Below, piece by piece: positions 1 to 12,568 of a stretch of 64,000 nucleotides of DNA. This stretch comes from Felis catus (lineage: Eukaryota), in the NCBI RefSeq assembly GCF_018350175.1, contig NC_058368.1:59398001-59462000 (forward strand), given 5' to 3'. Position 1 is the stretch's first letter. The number at the start of each line of letters is the position of its first letter. The notes beneath the pieces are model-generated. The model was not told where the DNA came from, made no database searches, and saw only the letters and a program-made list of their open reading frames with translations. Position numbers and translations under genes: made by a program.

Positions 1-610
1 TCCTGTCAACCAGCAAGAGATTCCAATAGTAATTGTTTTGTCACTCAAAAAAATGAAATTTCTGTAACTATTTGGCAACATATAGCCATGAGGCTACCAT
101 AGCAAATTAAAGCCATTTCTGTTCAAGTGACAAATATGCTTTATATCCAAATGGGAATACCCTTTTAAAATAGTTTGTTACTTCATATATTTTTGTTTTC
201 ATTAAAGTGACTGAACATTTTATTCTATCATGAGTCTCATATTTCAGAAATCATGAAGATTTGTATTCAGATAATTTAATGTTAAAAATAGTTTTCCTAG
301 TAACAATGCAAATAAATTTAATTTATTTAACTAATTTAAATGTTAATAAAATTCACTTAAATAATTACAGTTATAAAAAATGAGTTCCTAGTAAAATAAT
401 AAATACATTATCCATGCAGATGAAGTTATTACATTTAATCTAATATAATGCCAGCATTGAGACTCAAACTCTGTAGATTCGTCTGATAGTAGACTAAATT
501 ATTTTTGTTGACAAGAATCTACTTATATTAATGTATAAGGAGCCTATTAGGAAAAGAGTTCATTCTCTAAGAATATCTTTAATAAAATTAGGCCTAATAC
601 TTTGTCATAG

Positions 611-815
611 TTTTTTTTTTTTAACGTTTATTTATTTTTGACAGAGAGAGCATGAGCAGGGGAGGGGCAGAGAGGGAGGGAGACACAGAATCTGAAGCAG
701 GCTCCAGGCTCTGAGCTGTCAGCACAGAGCCCGACGCAGGGCTCGAACTCAGACAGTGAGATCATGACCTGAGCCGAAGTGAGACGCTCAATCAACTGAT
801 CCTCCCAGGCACCCC
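611..815 (-). mobile_element. CanSINE (tRNA-derived carnivore SINE)
   Basis: Reverse-complement SINE body with poly-T tail at left; TSD tgtcatagtttt at 603-614 and 817-828. Confidence 0.95.
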
Positions 816-865
816 GTGTCATAGTTTTCTAAAGCAGATGGTTTTCTTGAGTAGGTCCCATTTTT

Positions 866-1072
866 TTAAATCTTTTTTTTTAATGTTTATTTATTTTTGA
901 GAGACAGAGTGAGAGTAGGGGAGGGGCAGAGAGAGAGGGAGACACAGAATCTGAAGCAGACTCTAGGCTCTGAGCTGTAAGCACAGAGCCCGACATGGGG
1001 CTCAAACTCATGAACGGTGAGATCAAGACCTGAGCTGAAGTCAGATGCTTAACTGAGCCATTCAGGTGCCCC
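866..1072 (-). mobile_element. CanSINE
   Basis: SINE body; TSD gtaggtc(c/t)cattttt at 851-865 and 1075-1089. Confidence 0.95.
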
Positions 1073-1447
1073 AGGTAGGTCTCATTTTTATAACAGTAAT
1101 AAATCAGAGGAGAAACTAAATAATAATACATATGTGTCAAAATAAGAATGCCATGGCACAAATGGAAGGAAATGCATCCTCCCCACTTAACAAAACATAC
1201 CATATGTAGTTCTAACAGAAAATGATATCCATGAGAAATAATAACTCTGCAGTGACAGAGCAAGCAATAGTGATGAAGAATTAGTATATTTGAATAATAT
1301 GTTCATGGAAGGGACCAGAAGTTTTCATGAAAAGACACATATCCTATGAGAACTGAAAGTTGAAAAAGTATGGTGTTCGGGGAATAGATGGAAGAAAATG
1401 TAATTGAAATAAGAAATAATAAGTATCATAGTAACACTCTATTTTAA

Positions 1448-1647
1448 TGTTTATTTTTGAGAGAGAGAGAGAGAGACAGAGAGTGAGCAGGGGAGGGCAG
1501 AGAGAGAGGGAGACACAGAATCCAAAGCAGGTTCCAGGCTCTGAGCCATCAGCACAGAGCCCGAAGCGGGGCTCGAAATCACAAGCCGTGAGATCATGAC
1601 CTGAGCCGAAGTTGAATGCTCAACTGACTGAGTCACCCAGGCTCCCC
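1448..1647 (-). mobile_element. CanSINE
   Basis: SINE body with (GA)n; TSD acactctattttaa at 1434-1447 and 1648-1661. Confidence 0.95.
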
Positions 1648-1769
1648 ACACTCTATTTTAAACCCTGGCCTGGAGACAGTGACTTAGTTATATACATATC
1701 TACATATTTATATCTGTATATATATCTCTAACCTGGTCATCTTGAACATCAGTCCCATGGAACATGTTT

Positions 1770-1900
1770 CCACCATTTTAATGATGAAGAAATTTAAGGA
1801 TAGCAAATTAAAATGACTTATTTAAGGTTGCAAAATTAGTAATTTCAGTGTCTAGATTTAGAATTGATTGTGTCTAGTTTGAGTCCAAAATGAGTGCTTA
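1770..1900 (-). mobile_element. MIR fragment (ancient SINE)
   Basis: ccattttaatgatgaagaaa...taaaatgacttatttaaggttgcaaaattagtaa resembles the MIR core. Confidence 0.55.
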
Positions 1901-1999
1901 CTCTCTACAGAATCTTAGGTTTCCTCAGTGATGCTTCTGGTGCTACTGGTGATAAAGCAGTATTAGTTGTGATCAAATTATTTGGGGATAGAGGACACT

Positions 2000-2476
2000 G
2001 TGTAAATTATTTTTCAAAATAATTACATCTTGCACCCCCCAAACCAAGATGGGGAGAGTATTGTCCCTATTACATTGACACTCTCTGTGATTAGCCATTG
2101 CATCATTGTTCATGAAATCTATTTCCCCAACTCTGGATGTTAGGTTCATCCATGTGATTTGCATTGCTCCATAACATGTTAACAGTTGTTATGGCATCAG
2201 AAGCTTGAATTGTATTTGGGTGGTTGTTCCTGTCCTCTTGTAAATCTGCTATTGTCCTGTGAAGAAACGGTCCAGATAACCCATTGATTGAAGGAGGATA
2301 GGAGACACATGAGCAGACATAAACTTTGGAGCCAAGCCAAGCTGAGTTCTGCCTTTATTGATTAATCCCCAGCCAATTAGCAGACAAATAAGAGAGAATA
2401 AGTGGTTATTATTTCAAATAGTTGAGTTTTAAGATGGTTTGTTAAACAGAATTTTTGTAGAAATAGCTGACAGACA
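2000..2476 (+). mobile_element. MaLR solo LTR (MLT1H/I/J-like)
   Basis: MLT1-type motifs: ccatgtgatttgcattg, ggagacacatgagcagac, 3' end gagttttaagatggtttgttaaacag...aatagctgacagaca; left boundary approximate. Confidence 0.7.
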
Positions 2477-3705
2477 TAGTCACTAGCAATATACTTCAAC
2501 TTTAGAATTTCTATTTTAATACTTGCATATATTAGAATTCCAAAAATATTTTCTCAAAATAGGTTACTGATCCTTAGAGAAATAGAAAACCACTTTTTTT
2601 TTTATATTATGCCATCTTTAAATTCATTGATGCATCATGAAAATGTTAACTGTTCATCACATTTTTGCATATTTTATTCTGATCTATATTCCTCTCAATG
2701 TAATAGAAGCTATATGTAACTGATTCATAATCAAAACATTGAATAGACATTTCAGCAATCTGTCCACTTAAATCTGCAATCACTAAACTACAAAAAAATT
2801 AGAGATTTTTATGAGTAGAGAGGTAAATTTTGCCTCATTACTTTCCTAAAAAAATAGTTCAGAGAGAATATGAGGGAACTGAAGTATGCAAAAAGAATCC
2901 TATAGGTATTAATCAAAAGGTGTATCATCATTAACATAAATGAGCAGCTGAAACCAAACATAGCCAATTGCATGGAGTTATGTGGCTAGACATACTACAC
3001 TCTTAGTTCTGGTAACAGAAACTGACATTTAATGAATAAAAATTATTCACAAACTTTTCTATTCCTTATTAAGTTTTGAAATATTTGTGTGTGTCTGTAA
3101 CTGCAGCATTGCAACACTTTAATGTCAAATGAACACTTTCATTGAATGTGACATAAATGAGTAATATCTCAAAATAATCAACTACTATAATATATTCAAC
3201 TATTTACAAAAAATTCCAAAAACATATTACTGTCTTTTAGCTTGTGACTAGTTAGGAAAAACAAGCACATGTTTATACCTGAAAGTCTTTTTTTCTCATA
3301 CTTAAATTTATTAGTAATTATCTTTAGGGAAAAAAAAGTTTCTGCTTTCTCATAAATTGCCTGATATAGTCAACATTATGGTTGGTTTTAATAATGAGTA
3401 CCTGAACACTGCTAGAATCCACACTTTGGTTAATTAGACATCAAGGAATCTGGCATTCTTTAAATTAGTGTATTTGCTAAGTTTATTTGCATTTTTTATT
3501 AACAGCATTTACATGGCCCATTTTATGACTCAGGTGTTTTTTATTATTTTTATTTTTTATTAACTACTTACATATATTAGCTTATTTAATGTGGTCTTCC
3601 TAACCTATGAGTTAACAAGAGTAGAAATAATTCAGTGTATTCCAAAAAATATGCAAGACAAAATAACACCAGAAACAACTCCAATATCAGACACGTGATT
3701 TAGAT

Positions 3706-3912
3706 CAAAGTCAACAACTTTTTTCAGTAAATCTCATATATTTTAGGCTTATAAAGCACAAAGTCTCTCTGGTAGAGTCAAGTCTGCCAATGTTGTGCTG
3801 AAACAACTATAGACAACATGTAAATAAGTGGGCATTGGTCCGATAAAACTTGCTTTATAAAATGAGGTAGTGGGCTGGGTTGAGCCAGTGGGTCACAGTT
3901 AGGTGTCCCCTA
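3706..3912 (+). mobile_element. MER58A-like hAT-Charlie non-autonomous DNA transposon
   Basis: Resembles the remembered MER58A consensus throughout (tattttaggctt...tatagacaacatgtaaa...ataaaactt...cccct); 8-bp hAT-type TSD atttagat (3698-3705) / acttagat (3913-3920). Confidence 0.8.
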
Positions 3913-5040
3913 ACTTAGATGGTAAGCGATGGATATGATTCTGGTCATATCAAAGTATAAAGGAAACCAAAGACATTGGCACTAAACACTCCAAACCTTG
4001 TTTCCTTGAGACCTGTTCCTTTTTGGGGAACTAAAAGCATTCCATGTTCATTAAATTAAAAAGCAGAAAAAGGAACTGTGGTAAAAGATAAAACAAAATC
4101 ATACATGGTACCACAGGTGAATATAATGGAATCATATCATTTTGTGATATGTAAAGCCAAAACAAACATTCCTTTTTTTCCATTGGCAGTATATGAAAAG
4201 GACTCAAGGAAATGAAAGTTCATTTTGAAAAGAGGTGGTAGTTATAAAGATATTAAATCATTTCCACAGATTTTACCTGTGATTGTAGACAATTACTTTG
4301 TCAGGATATTTTCTTGGCTTCATGACTGTAGTTGATAAAAGTAAAAAGATCACAGCAAATCTTTTTCTAATCGTGAATTTTGAAAATATAGTAACTCAAA
4401 AACACTAACAGCAGGATAGTAACACCACTTTTACATATGAAAGAGATCACATTTAGTTTCCATCTTGATGAGAAATTTATGACTTCTGGTGTATTTGGCT
4501 AGCTGAGAGGAATAGAACAGCATGGCCCTGGTAGAAAGAATTAAATACGTCAGTATACATATTGTGCCAAGCAAATGGAACAATTTACAGATTGGGAGCA
4601 GTGCAAAGTGTTGTCATTCTGGGCTAGAGCAACATCTATCTTTTTATACAGAAATAGAACATTCTGTTCAGTGTGTTCCAGCCTTGGCTCTCAGTTCCTA
4701 AGATAAATCTCAACCCAGAACAAGTCAGTGATAGGATACAGCAGAGAGCATAATAGAGGCTTGACAATGCAGTGATTAGTTACTTAACCTGAGAACTCAG
4801 AGACTAATCCATATGATAGAACATACAGAAAACAAATTGGGTATGCAAATGTTTCCTATGTTTGAAATGATTCACATTATAAATAACCCTGCCAATTTAC
4901 ATATTGAAAATTAATAAATGTACATGTTCCCTAAATATGGCATTTTAATCCTCAATACTTTGGGTCAGACTGTTAACAAATAGTCATATAATCCAATTTA
5001 TTTGTGGAAAATGAAAAAAAAAACCAGATTGTTCACTTTA

Positions 5041-5256
5041 TTTTTTAGTATGTTTTTCATGTTTGTTTATTTTTGGGAGAAAGAGACAGGATGAGCAGGG
5101 GAGGGGCAGAGAGAGAAAGAGACACAGAGTCCAAAGCAGGCTCCAGTCTCTGAGTTGTCAGCACAGAGCCCTACGTGGGGCTTGAAAACACAAACTCCAA
5201 GATCATGACTTGAGCTGAAGTCGGATGCTTAACCGGCTGAGCCACCCAGGTGCCCC
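5041..5256 (-). mobile_element. CanSINE
   Basis: SINE body; TSD agattgttcacttta at 5026-5040 and 5257-5271. Confidence 0.95.
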
Positions 5257-6169
5257 AGATTGTTCACTTTAGGCAATAACTTACATATGACCAAATGACA
5301 GATTCCCTTGGGTTTTCATAAAACTTTGTTAATATAATTAACAAAGACACTCTCGGATTCCTTTACAGTTGATTGTTTATATGTCTGTGTCCCTTGAAAG
5401 AACTAGAGCTACTTGAAGATACAAATTGTTGGAATTTGTATATCTAATACCATAGTTGGGATGGCATATATCCAGTATTCAGTAAGTAATTGTAAAATTA
5501 CTTCAATTGAATATAACTTTTTGTTTTTGTTGTTTCTGGAATGATAAGATAATATATATGGGAAGCACTTTTTTTTTTTTTTTTTTTTATCTTTCTGATT
5601 CCAAGTTAGTTTCTAGGGTTTATATGTCTTGGGTTAAAGTAGCAGTTGAGAAGCACTGTCTATTATAGCATTTTCTGTGAAACCAAGTAAAAGATCAAAA
5701 CTCATGAATCCTAGACATTCAGATACATAAACTATGATATTTAAAAACCAAGAAAGAATTTCCACTATCCATATGATAAAAATGAATTCAAAATATTCTT
5801 ATCCAGGCTTTCTCTCATGTCAAAATAGTGTTTTGTTTTAAAGCATTAATTCATCTGAAAACAAAACAAAACAAAACAAAACTGTTCTAAGAATCAGAGA
5901 CCTAGTGTCATACATTTGAGTAAATAGTTCACTGAAATAGATGCATAAACCATAAAATTCACAGACTACCCAATATACTAGTGTAATATATTAGAGAAAA
6001 GATTGTGCTGATGTATTGAATTTACAGTAAATAAAAGAGTTCAGAGGTTTCTTGTAAATACCAGAAGCATCACCACTGTTTTAAGTTTAAGCATGTGTAG
6101 GATAAACGATAAAAGTGACTTTTCATTCACGGATAGATCCTTCAGATAACCAGATTTGGTGGTGGCATC

Positions 6170-6930
6170 ATTCAAAATGTCCAAGCAGAGGACCTGAACA
6201 AATATTTTTCCAAAGAAAAGGTGCAAATGGCCAAAGGTACATGAAAATAGTGCTTAACATCACATCACTGAGTCATCAGGAAAATGCAACTGAGAACTAC
6301 AGTGAACTATCATCTCACACCTGGTAGATAGCTCTTATTAAAAAGACAAAAGATGACAAGTGTTGGGAAGATGGGAGAAAAGGCAATCAATGTATGCTGT
6401 TGGTTGGAATGCAAATTCCTGCAGCCAGTGTGGAAAATAACTTAGAGATTCTGCAAAGAGTTATTCTGCTATAAAAAGAATATCCTGCCATTTGCAACAA
6501 TATGGATGGACTTTGAGGGCATTACCAAAGTGAAATAAGTCAAAGGGAGAAACACAAATACTGCATGATCTCACTAATACATGAAACCTAAAAAAAGCCA
6601 AACTCCTGGAAAGAGTACATTGGTGATTGCCAGGGGCTGGGTGTGGGGAAAATCAGGAAATAATGGTCAAAGAGTACAAACTACCTTTTATAAGATGAAT
6701 AAATTCTAAGGATTTAATGTTCAGCTTGGTGACTATTTTTAATCATATTACGTAATATACTTAAAATCTTAAATACTTAAGATCTTAAATGTTCTCACTC
6801 ACACACACAAAGGTTAAGTGGGGTGATGGATGTGTTAACATTACTGTGGTAATCTTTTCACTATATATATGTGTATCAAATTATCTTAAATTACACAGTA
6901 TTTATTATGTGTCAGTTACATCTTTAAAAA
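6170..6930 (+). mobile_element. Old L1 3' fragment (ORF2 end plus 3'UTR), internally deleted
   Basis: ggacctgaacaaatatttttccaaagaa, gttggttggaatgcaaa, tgccatttgcaacaatatggatggac and L1M-type 3'UTR; boundaries approximate. Confidence 0.85.
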
Positions 6931-7680
6931 GTTCGGGGGTGGGGGGGAAGGGAGGAGCCACCAGAAGAATAGGATACTGAGGAAATGCATAATGTCATGA
7001 TAAAATTTCAGTAATTTTTTTAATTCTTAAATTTGGTAGGTCATTTAATGGTCTTAGTTTGCTCACAGTCAAGACAGATGAATGTATGTAAATAAATAAA
7101 TTACATAAAATACAAAGTGTGTTCAAAAAGCCACTGGCAGAAATCAAAATGATTTTGTTGAATCAGCAAGCAAAACTATTTTTTGACTACTTTATGACCT
7201 CTTCTAAAGTTTTTTTCATTGGCAACATAAAGATATGAAATGAGCAGGGGCTGTAGGTAATGGACCATAGTGTGATTCCACCACCCTTCTATGTACATAA
7301 GCTTGGACATAGTGTATTATGTTACCTAATATCTTTGAGCCTGTCATAACTAATTTGTGAAAAAAGAAAACATTTTCTTGCTTCATTATAATACACTATT
7401 TAGGAAATATATCAAACAACATGTCCAGGCTCATTAAAATGGTCATCACTATAAGTTTTTAAATATTTCATTGATGCTGTTCATACTAGATATGAATACT
7501 ATGCTCGTACTATGGCAGGGATCAAGATTACACAGGTTGATGACACAGTGCAACTTATGTTTCAAAAAATCCTGAAAATACACTAGTGCTAGAGGAAAAG
7601 TGAAAGTTATTTGGGCAGGAAAAAAAAAAAAAACACACCATAGAAATATGTGAAGTAAGTTAAGCTGTGAAAATAAAAGT

Positions 7681-9033
7681 ACCAGGCTGAGGCAGGTGTG
7701 CAGTTGGCAGTGTGAGTCCTCAGCCACCTGGCCAGCCTGCCTGAGAAGAAGTGATAGCAGGAGCCCACTGCTGTCTGTGCTGCCTCCACCACTGTCGCTG
7801 GGAGGTCTGAGTGCCAGCCTGCAGCCATGGCTTACTGCTTGTGGGAAGGGAAGGGCCAAATCATGTTTGTGACCAAAGAAGACCGTGAAACTCTGAGCAA
7901 TGCTGAGCTGGTGGCCGATGATAGATAGCTATGATCCATAAGAGGAGCACGGATTGATCCTACCAAATGGAGACATTAACTGGAACTGCCCATGCCTTGG
8001 GGAAATGGCCAGTGGCCCCTGTGGGGAATAGTTCAAGTCGGCCTTTTCCTGCTTCCTGACAAGGAGTCAGACCGTGTATATCACTTCTGGGCCATGCAGG
8101 AATGCATGCAAAAATACCCTGACCTCTATCCCCAGGAAGATGAGGAGGAGAAGGAGAAGCCAGCAGAACCTTTACAAGAGGGAGATCCCACTGAGGCCAC
8201 TACAACCAAAGAAGAGGAAGGGTCAAGCTAATGAAGGTCACAGGCACTGAACTCCAGTCCTTCTGCTGCAAAATGATGTGAACCTTTTGCAAAATGCTTT
8301 TTGTTCATTCTCTGAGAAGGTGCCTTTCCAAACTCTACTGTTTTGTCCACTATAATCTGAAAAATAACTTTTTTCGATGAGGGTCTTGGTCCTTTGACAC
8401 ATACAGTGGGAAAACTATGTATGTCTTACATAAACCTATTGGCAAATGTGACTGTCAGTTTTGAATCCTCAGATTACTCTGAATTTTGTCACTTTGAAAT
8501 AATGTGCTGACTGTGCTCAGCAACCAAAAATCGTTATTTGGGAGTGTCTTGTGAGTGAGCTGATTTATTTGACTATATTCCTTTTAGTAGATTTTATACC
8601 CTTTTGGGAAATGAAACAGAAACAGAAACATCTTCCTTTAAACATTCTGGAGTGGGGCCATTCCCAATACAAGAGGCCAGATGATCAGATACTTATTTCT
8701 CAAGATCTGTCTTGACTGTGTTTCATCTCTGATACATTTTGGTTTCCATTTTTGCATAGAGCTCCAGGTTTTCTGTGTTTGGAAATTTGAGCTTTGGACC
8801 CTCTGAGTGAAAACCCCTTTCTAAGTGAAGAGAAAGGCTGGTTTTGCTGTTCTTGTTATTCCAAAAGACCTGGTTTGGGGTATGTGTTCACAATGGCTCT
8901 GTGCCAGCCTGTTCAGATGCATGTTCTTGAGAGGTGAGGACCTAATTGCTACCGAAGTAGCAGCCAAGAGAAGAAATGATGTAAATTAAGTAGTCAATTA
9001 AAAGGAAAATGTGACTTTTACCTGAAAAAAAAA
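7681..9033 (+). pseudogene. CHCHD4: Processed pseudogene of CHCHD4 (mitochondrial intermembrane-space oxidoreductase Mia40)
   Basis: ATG 7827 in gcagccATGG; pieces translate to [69 protein letters not shown] and [20 protein letters not shown]...TKEEEGSS* (stop 8229-8231). No introns. Stops at 7926, 7939 and 8029; frameshifts near 7925 and 8056. GC-rich 5'UTR from 7681, ATTAAA 8997-9002, A-run 9025-9033, probable TSD tgaaaataaaagt (7668-7680) / tgaaaaaaaaagt (9023-9035). Confidence 0.95.
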
Positions 9034-9462
9034 GTGAATGTCAGATAAGAGTACTCAAACAATAAAGGAAAGAGAGAGTAGAGTGTAGAAATTTTGTGAA
9101 CTTAAAGTAGAGATCCAGTTTATGGGAATATGCACTCAGCATCTAGCTAGCAGTTAGATGAAGGGAAAATGATGGCATAAATGCATAGACAGATTTGAGA
9201 AATACTGTAAGGGTAGAATGAATTTGTTGGGGTCAATGAATAGGGAATAGAATAATTCCCTATACATGAGTTCTCTGAGGAGGTTTTCTTAAGGAATAAC
9301 GTAGGTATATGGAAAGCATAAGGGAGCTAAATGAGTTTTGAAATGGACGTTTTCAGTGTTGGGTCACTCTGTGTGCGTGTATACACATAGAGAGAGGGAA
9401 TATGTGATACATTTTGATGCTAAATTTAGAACTCTTACGTGGAATAAAACACAATTGAAATT

Positions 9463-9665
9463 TTTTTAAGTTTATTTATTTTGAGAGAGAGAGAGTAGCA
9501 TAAGCAGGGGCAGGGCAGAGAGAGAAACAGAGAGAGAATCCAAAGCAGGCTCTGCACTGCCATTGTGGAGTCCAATGCCAGGCTTGATCCCACAAGCTGT
9601 GGAATCATGACCTGAGCCAAAATCAAGAGTTGGATGCTTAACCAACTGAGCCATCCAGACACCCT
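9463..9665 (-). mobile_element. CanSINE (older subfamily)
   Basis: SINE body with aaatcaagagt segment; TSD caattgaaatt on both sides. Confidence 0.92.
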
Positions 9666-11444
9666 GCAATTGAAATTGTTTAAGTATATTGAATGCCATC
9701 TCAGCAATGCATTTTCTGTGCATTGGTTTTCACTATTTTCAGACATTTGTAATCAAAGTGATTGAGACTTTTATTGGTATCAACTAAAATACATGAAACA
9801 CATTTTTCTCTTGATCAATGTTGATAGGTTAAAAGTAAAAATATGATAGTTTTTTTTTCCTAAAAATATGAAGGGTAGATTTCTGTTTCGGTTAGTCCAT
9901 GTAAAAGAGAAAAGAACCACTGGCGGCTTCTGTACTGTGGTTTCAGATGGTCACTGAACATCCTTTCACTTAATTTATTCTCATTGCTTCTGGCCCAGTT
10001 CTGTCATTGACTTGAAAGACTTTTCATATAAATGACACTAATGCTCTTTCACACTGAGTGCTGGCAGCTCACATAGGAATATCATCTAGAAAGTATTTTT
10101 TATCAACTTTTGATTTGTTTTATATGAGAATTGCAAGTGAGTTCACTATGAGTTATTCTTTGAGTATGAGAGGACTAAATCAAATTGATCACTGTTGGAA
10201 TAAAAATTAATAGAAAAAAGTAGAACTATATCTTGAATCATCTATATTTCATTTTATAACTAAATTTTAATATAAATTTATGAAGTGTATATTTACTTAA
10301 ATTAATCAATGTTTACATAGTGCTTTTGAATGAATAAACCATACATACGTACACACACAAGATACACACATCTATTGGAGGAGTCAACATGGCAGAGACA
10401 CAGGGGGCCCAAAATTCCCTTGTCTCTCAAACACAGTAGTATTGAGGCCAGAAGACTTGGAATTCCAGGAATCTGAGCCACAGAGTGATAGAAACATCTC
10501 CAGGGGCCCATGGAGACAGCTTGGTGAGACTGAGGTGCATGCTTGAGAATTGGGAGAGATAAAATAGGCACCATATGAACAGCGCTGGGGTAACCCCTTT
10601 AGTGGAGAGACAAAAGGAAGAGAAGGAGAGGCTGTTGAAGTATGGGATTGTATTTGGATAAGAGAAAAACCTCTCTGGACCACCAACCGGGGAACAGAAA
10701 AAATGGAGAGAGAGCCAGTCTCTAACTTGCAAACAGCCTTAGGAATGATGATCTAGGATTGTGCGACTCTCTCTGGACTGGAGCCAGCTGCTGGTGTGCA
10801 CGCCTGGCCTGGGTCAGGAGGAAGGGGAAGCCAGCCCCAACTCAGTGGTGAGCTCAGAGACACATTGGGAGAGCAATACCCTCTCTCTAGTGCTGTGGGA
10901 AGGTGTATTGCTGCTCCAAGGACAAAAATCTCTGCAGGCATCAGCCAGAGGCCCTTTGTCAGCTAGGGAAGTGGCATTACCCCAGAACCGGGGCATGGAG
11001 TGGGATCCTTTAAGACATCTGGGCTTGAATCCCAGCCAAATTCCTGGGAGGTGCAGGAGTCTGTGGAGCGGGACAAACTGGCCCGCTTGTGCCCCTCTAG
11101 CGCTGTGAGGACCGGCTGAACACAGTGGTTGGGACACCCAGTCCAGGGAGGAGAGCCTGGGGTGTCTTCATTTTTCTTCCCATCACCAACACGGTGGGGC
11201 TTCAGGGAACAGAACAGCAAGCCCCCAGTGAAGACATGACCTACTTACACCTAACCCCACCCCTCCATGCCTGGTAACTGCATATCTACAGGAGTGAGAT
11301 TGACACTGACCAAACCAGAAGGGCCCTTCTCCAAACCAGCACAGCCACTGGTTACAAGGCACCATCAGACAACAGTCCAGCAGTTTTGCATTTTCTGATT
11401 TGATTTTTGGTCAGTTCTTACTTTATATATCCTCTCTCTCTCTC

Positions 11445-11445
<1 letters not shown>

Positions 11446-11482
<37 letters not shown>
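11446..11482. repeat. Poly-C homopolymer (37 nt) in the L1 5'UTR
   Basis: Direct count, preceded by (CT)n. Confidence 0.9.
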
Positions 11483-11483
<1 letters not shown>

Positions 11484-12343
11484 TTCTCTGGATTAAGCCA
11501 TATGTTTCTCTGATTCTCTGTTCTCTGCCTGGTCAATTGTTTTTCTCCCTGCCTCTGTCATTTCTGTCTTTGTATGGGATAAGGCTTAGTCCACCACCAC
11601 CTGGTTTCAGTTTTTTCCAGGGTTACTTCAGTGAACAAATCAAAGCACACCCGATGGAAGGTCCAAACCACCCCTATGAGTGGAGGCGGAGATAAAGCAA
11701 CTGGAGTCGCAACAACAGAGAGCATGCAACACACTCCAAAAACATTTCCTCAAGGGCCAGGCCCTGGACAATACATGACCCCTTTTTAATATAGTAGTAC
11801 TCTCAGGTGCAAGACACATAACAAGCTATTAAAACACATAAAGGACAGGAAACTAGCCAAAATAATGAAATGGAAGAATTCTCAAAAGAGATTCCAGGAA
11901 GAAATGACAGCCAGAGAATTGCTCAAAACAGATATAAACAATGTATCTGAACAAGAATTTACAATAATAGCCATAAGACTAATAGCTTGGGTTGAAAAAT
12001 GCATACAAGACAGCAGAGAATCTATTACTGCAGAGATCAAGGACCTAAGAAATAGTCATGACAAATTAGGAAATGCTGTAAATGAAATGCAAAGTAAACT
12101 AGATGCAGTGTCAGCAAGGATGGAGGAAGCAGACAGGAGAATAAGTGAAATAGAAGATAAAATTATGGAAAATGATGAAGCTGAGAAAAAGATAGGAAAA
12201 TATAGACCATGAGATAAGAATTAGAGACCTAAGTGATTCAGTGAAATGAAATAATACACATACTGTAGGGGTTCTAGAAGAAGAAGAAGAGAGAGAAAGG
12301 GGCAGAAGGTTTTATTTGAACAGATTATAGCTAAGAACTTCCT

Positions 12344-12568
12344 GGGGCGCCTGGGTGGCGCAGTCGGTTGAGCGTCCGACTTCAGCCAGGTCACGATCTC
12401 CCAGTCCGGGAGTTCGAGCCCCGCGTCAGGCTCTGGGCTAATGGCTCAGAGCCTGGAGCCTGTTTCCAATTCTGTGTCTCCCTCTCTCTCTGCCCCTCCC
12501 CCGTTCATGCTCTGTCTCTCTCTGTCCGAAAAAATAAAAACGTTGAAAAAAAAAAAAAAAAAAAAAAA
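12344..12568 (+). mobile_element. Young felid CanSINE (SINEC_Fc-type) inserted in L1 ORF1
   Basis: CpG-rich ggggcgcctgggtggcgcagtcggtt...; pure poly-A tail; TSD aagaacttcc at 12333-12342 and 12569-12578. Confidence 0.97.

Noticed and set aside
7596..7609. Alternative left TSD for the retrocopy (aaaagtgaaagtta versus aaaagtgaatgtca at 9030-9043)
   Set aside because: Possible, but it would add ~70 nt of AT-rich sequence to the 5' end. The composition shift at 7681 favours the nearer repeat. Unresolved without the empty site.
7992..8231. 79-aa ORF ending in the CHCHD4 C-terminus as a functional gene
   Set aside because: Its first ~22 residues are an out-of-frame reading of the pseudogene. It lacks CPC and the intact twin CX9C and is a frameshift by-product.
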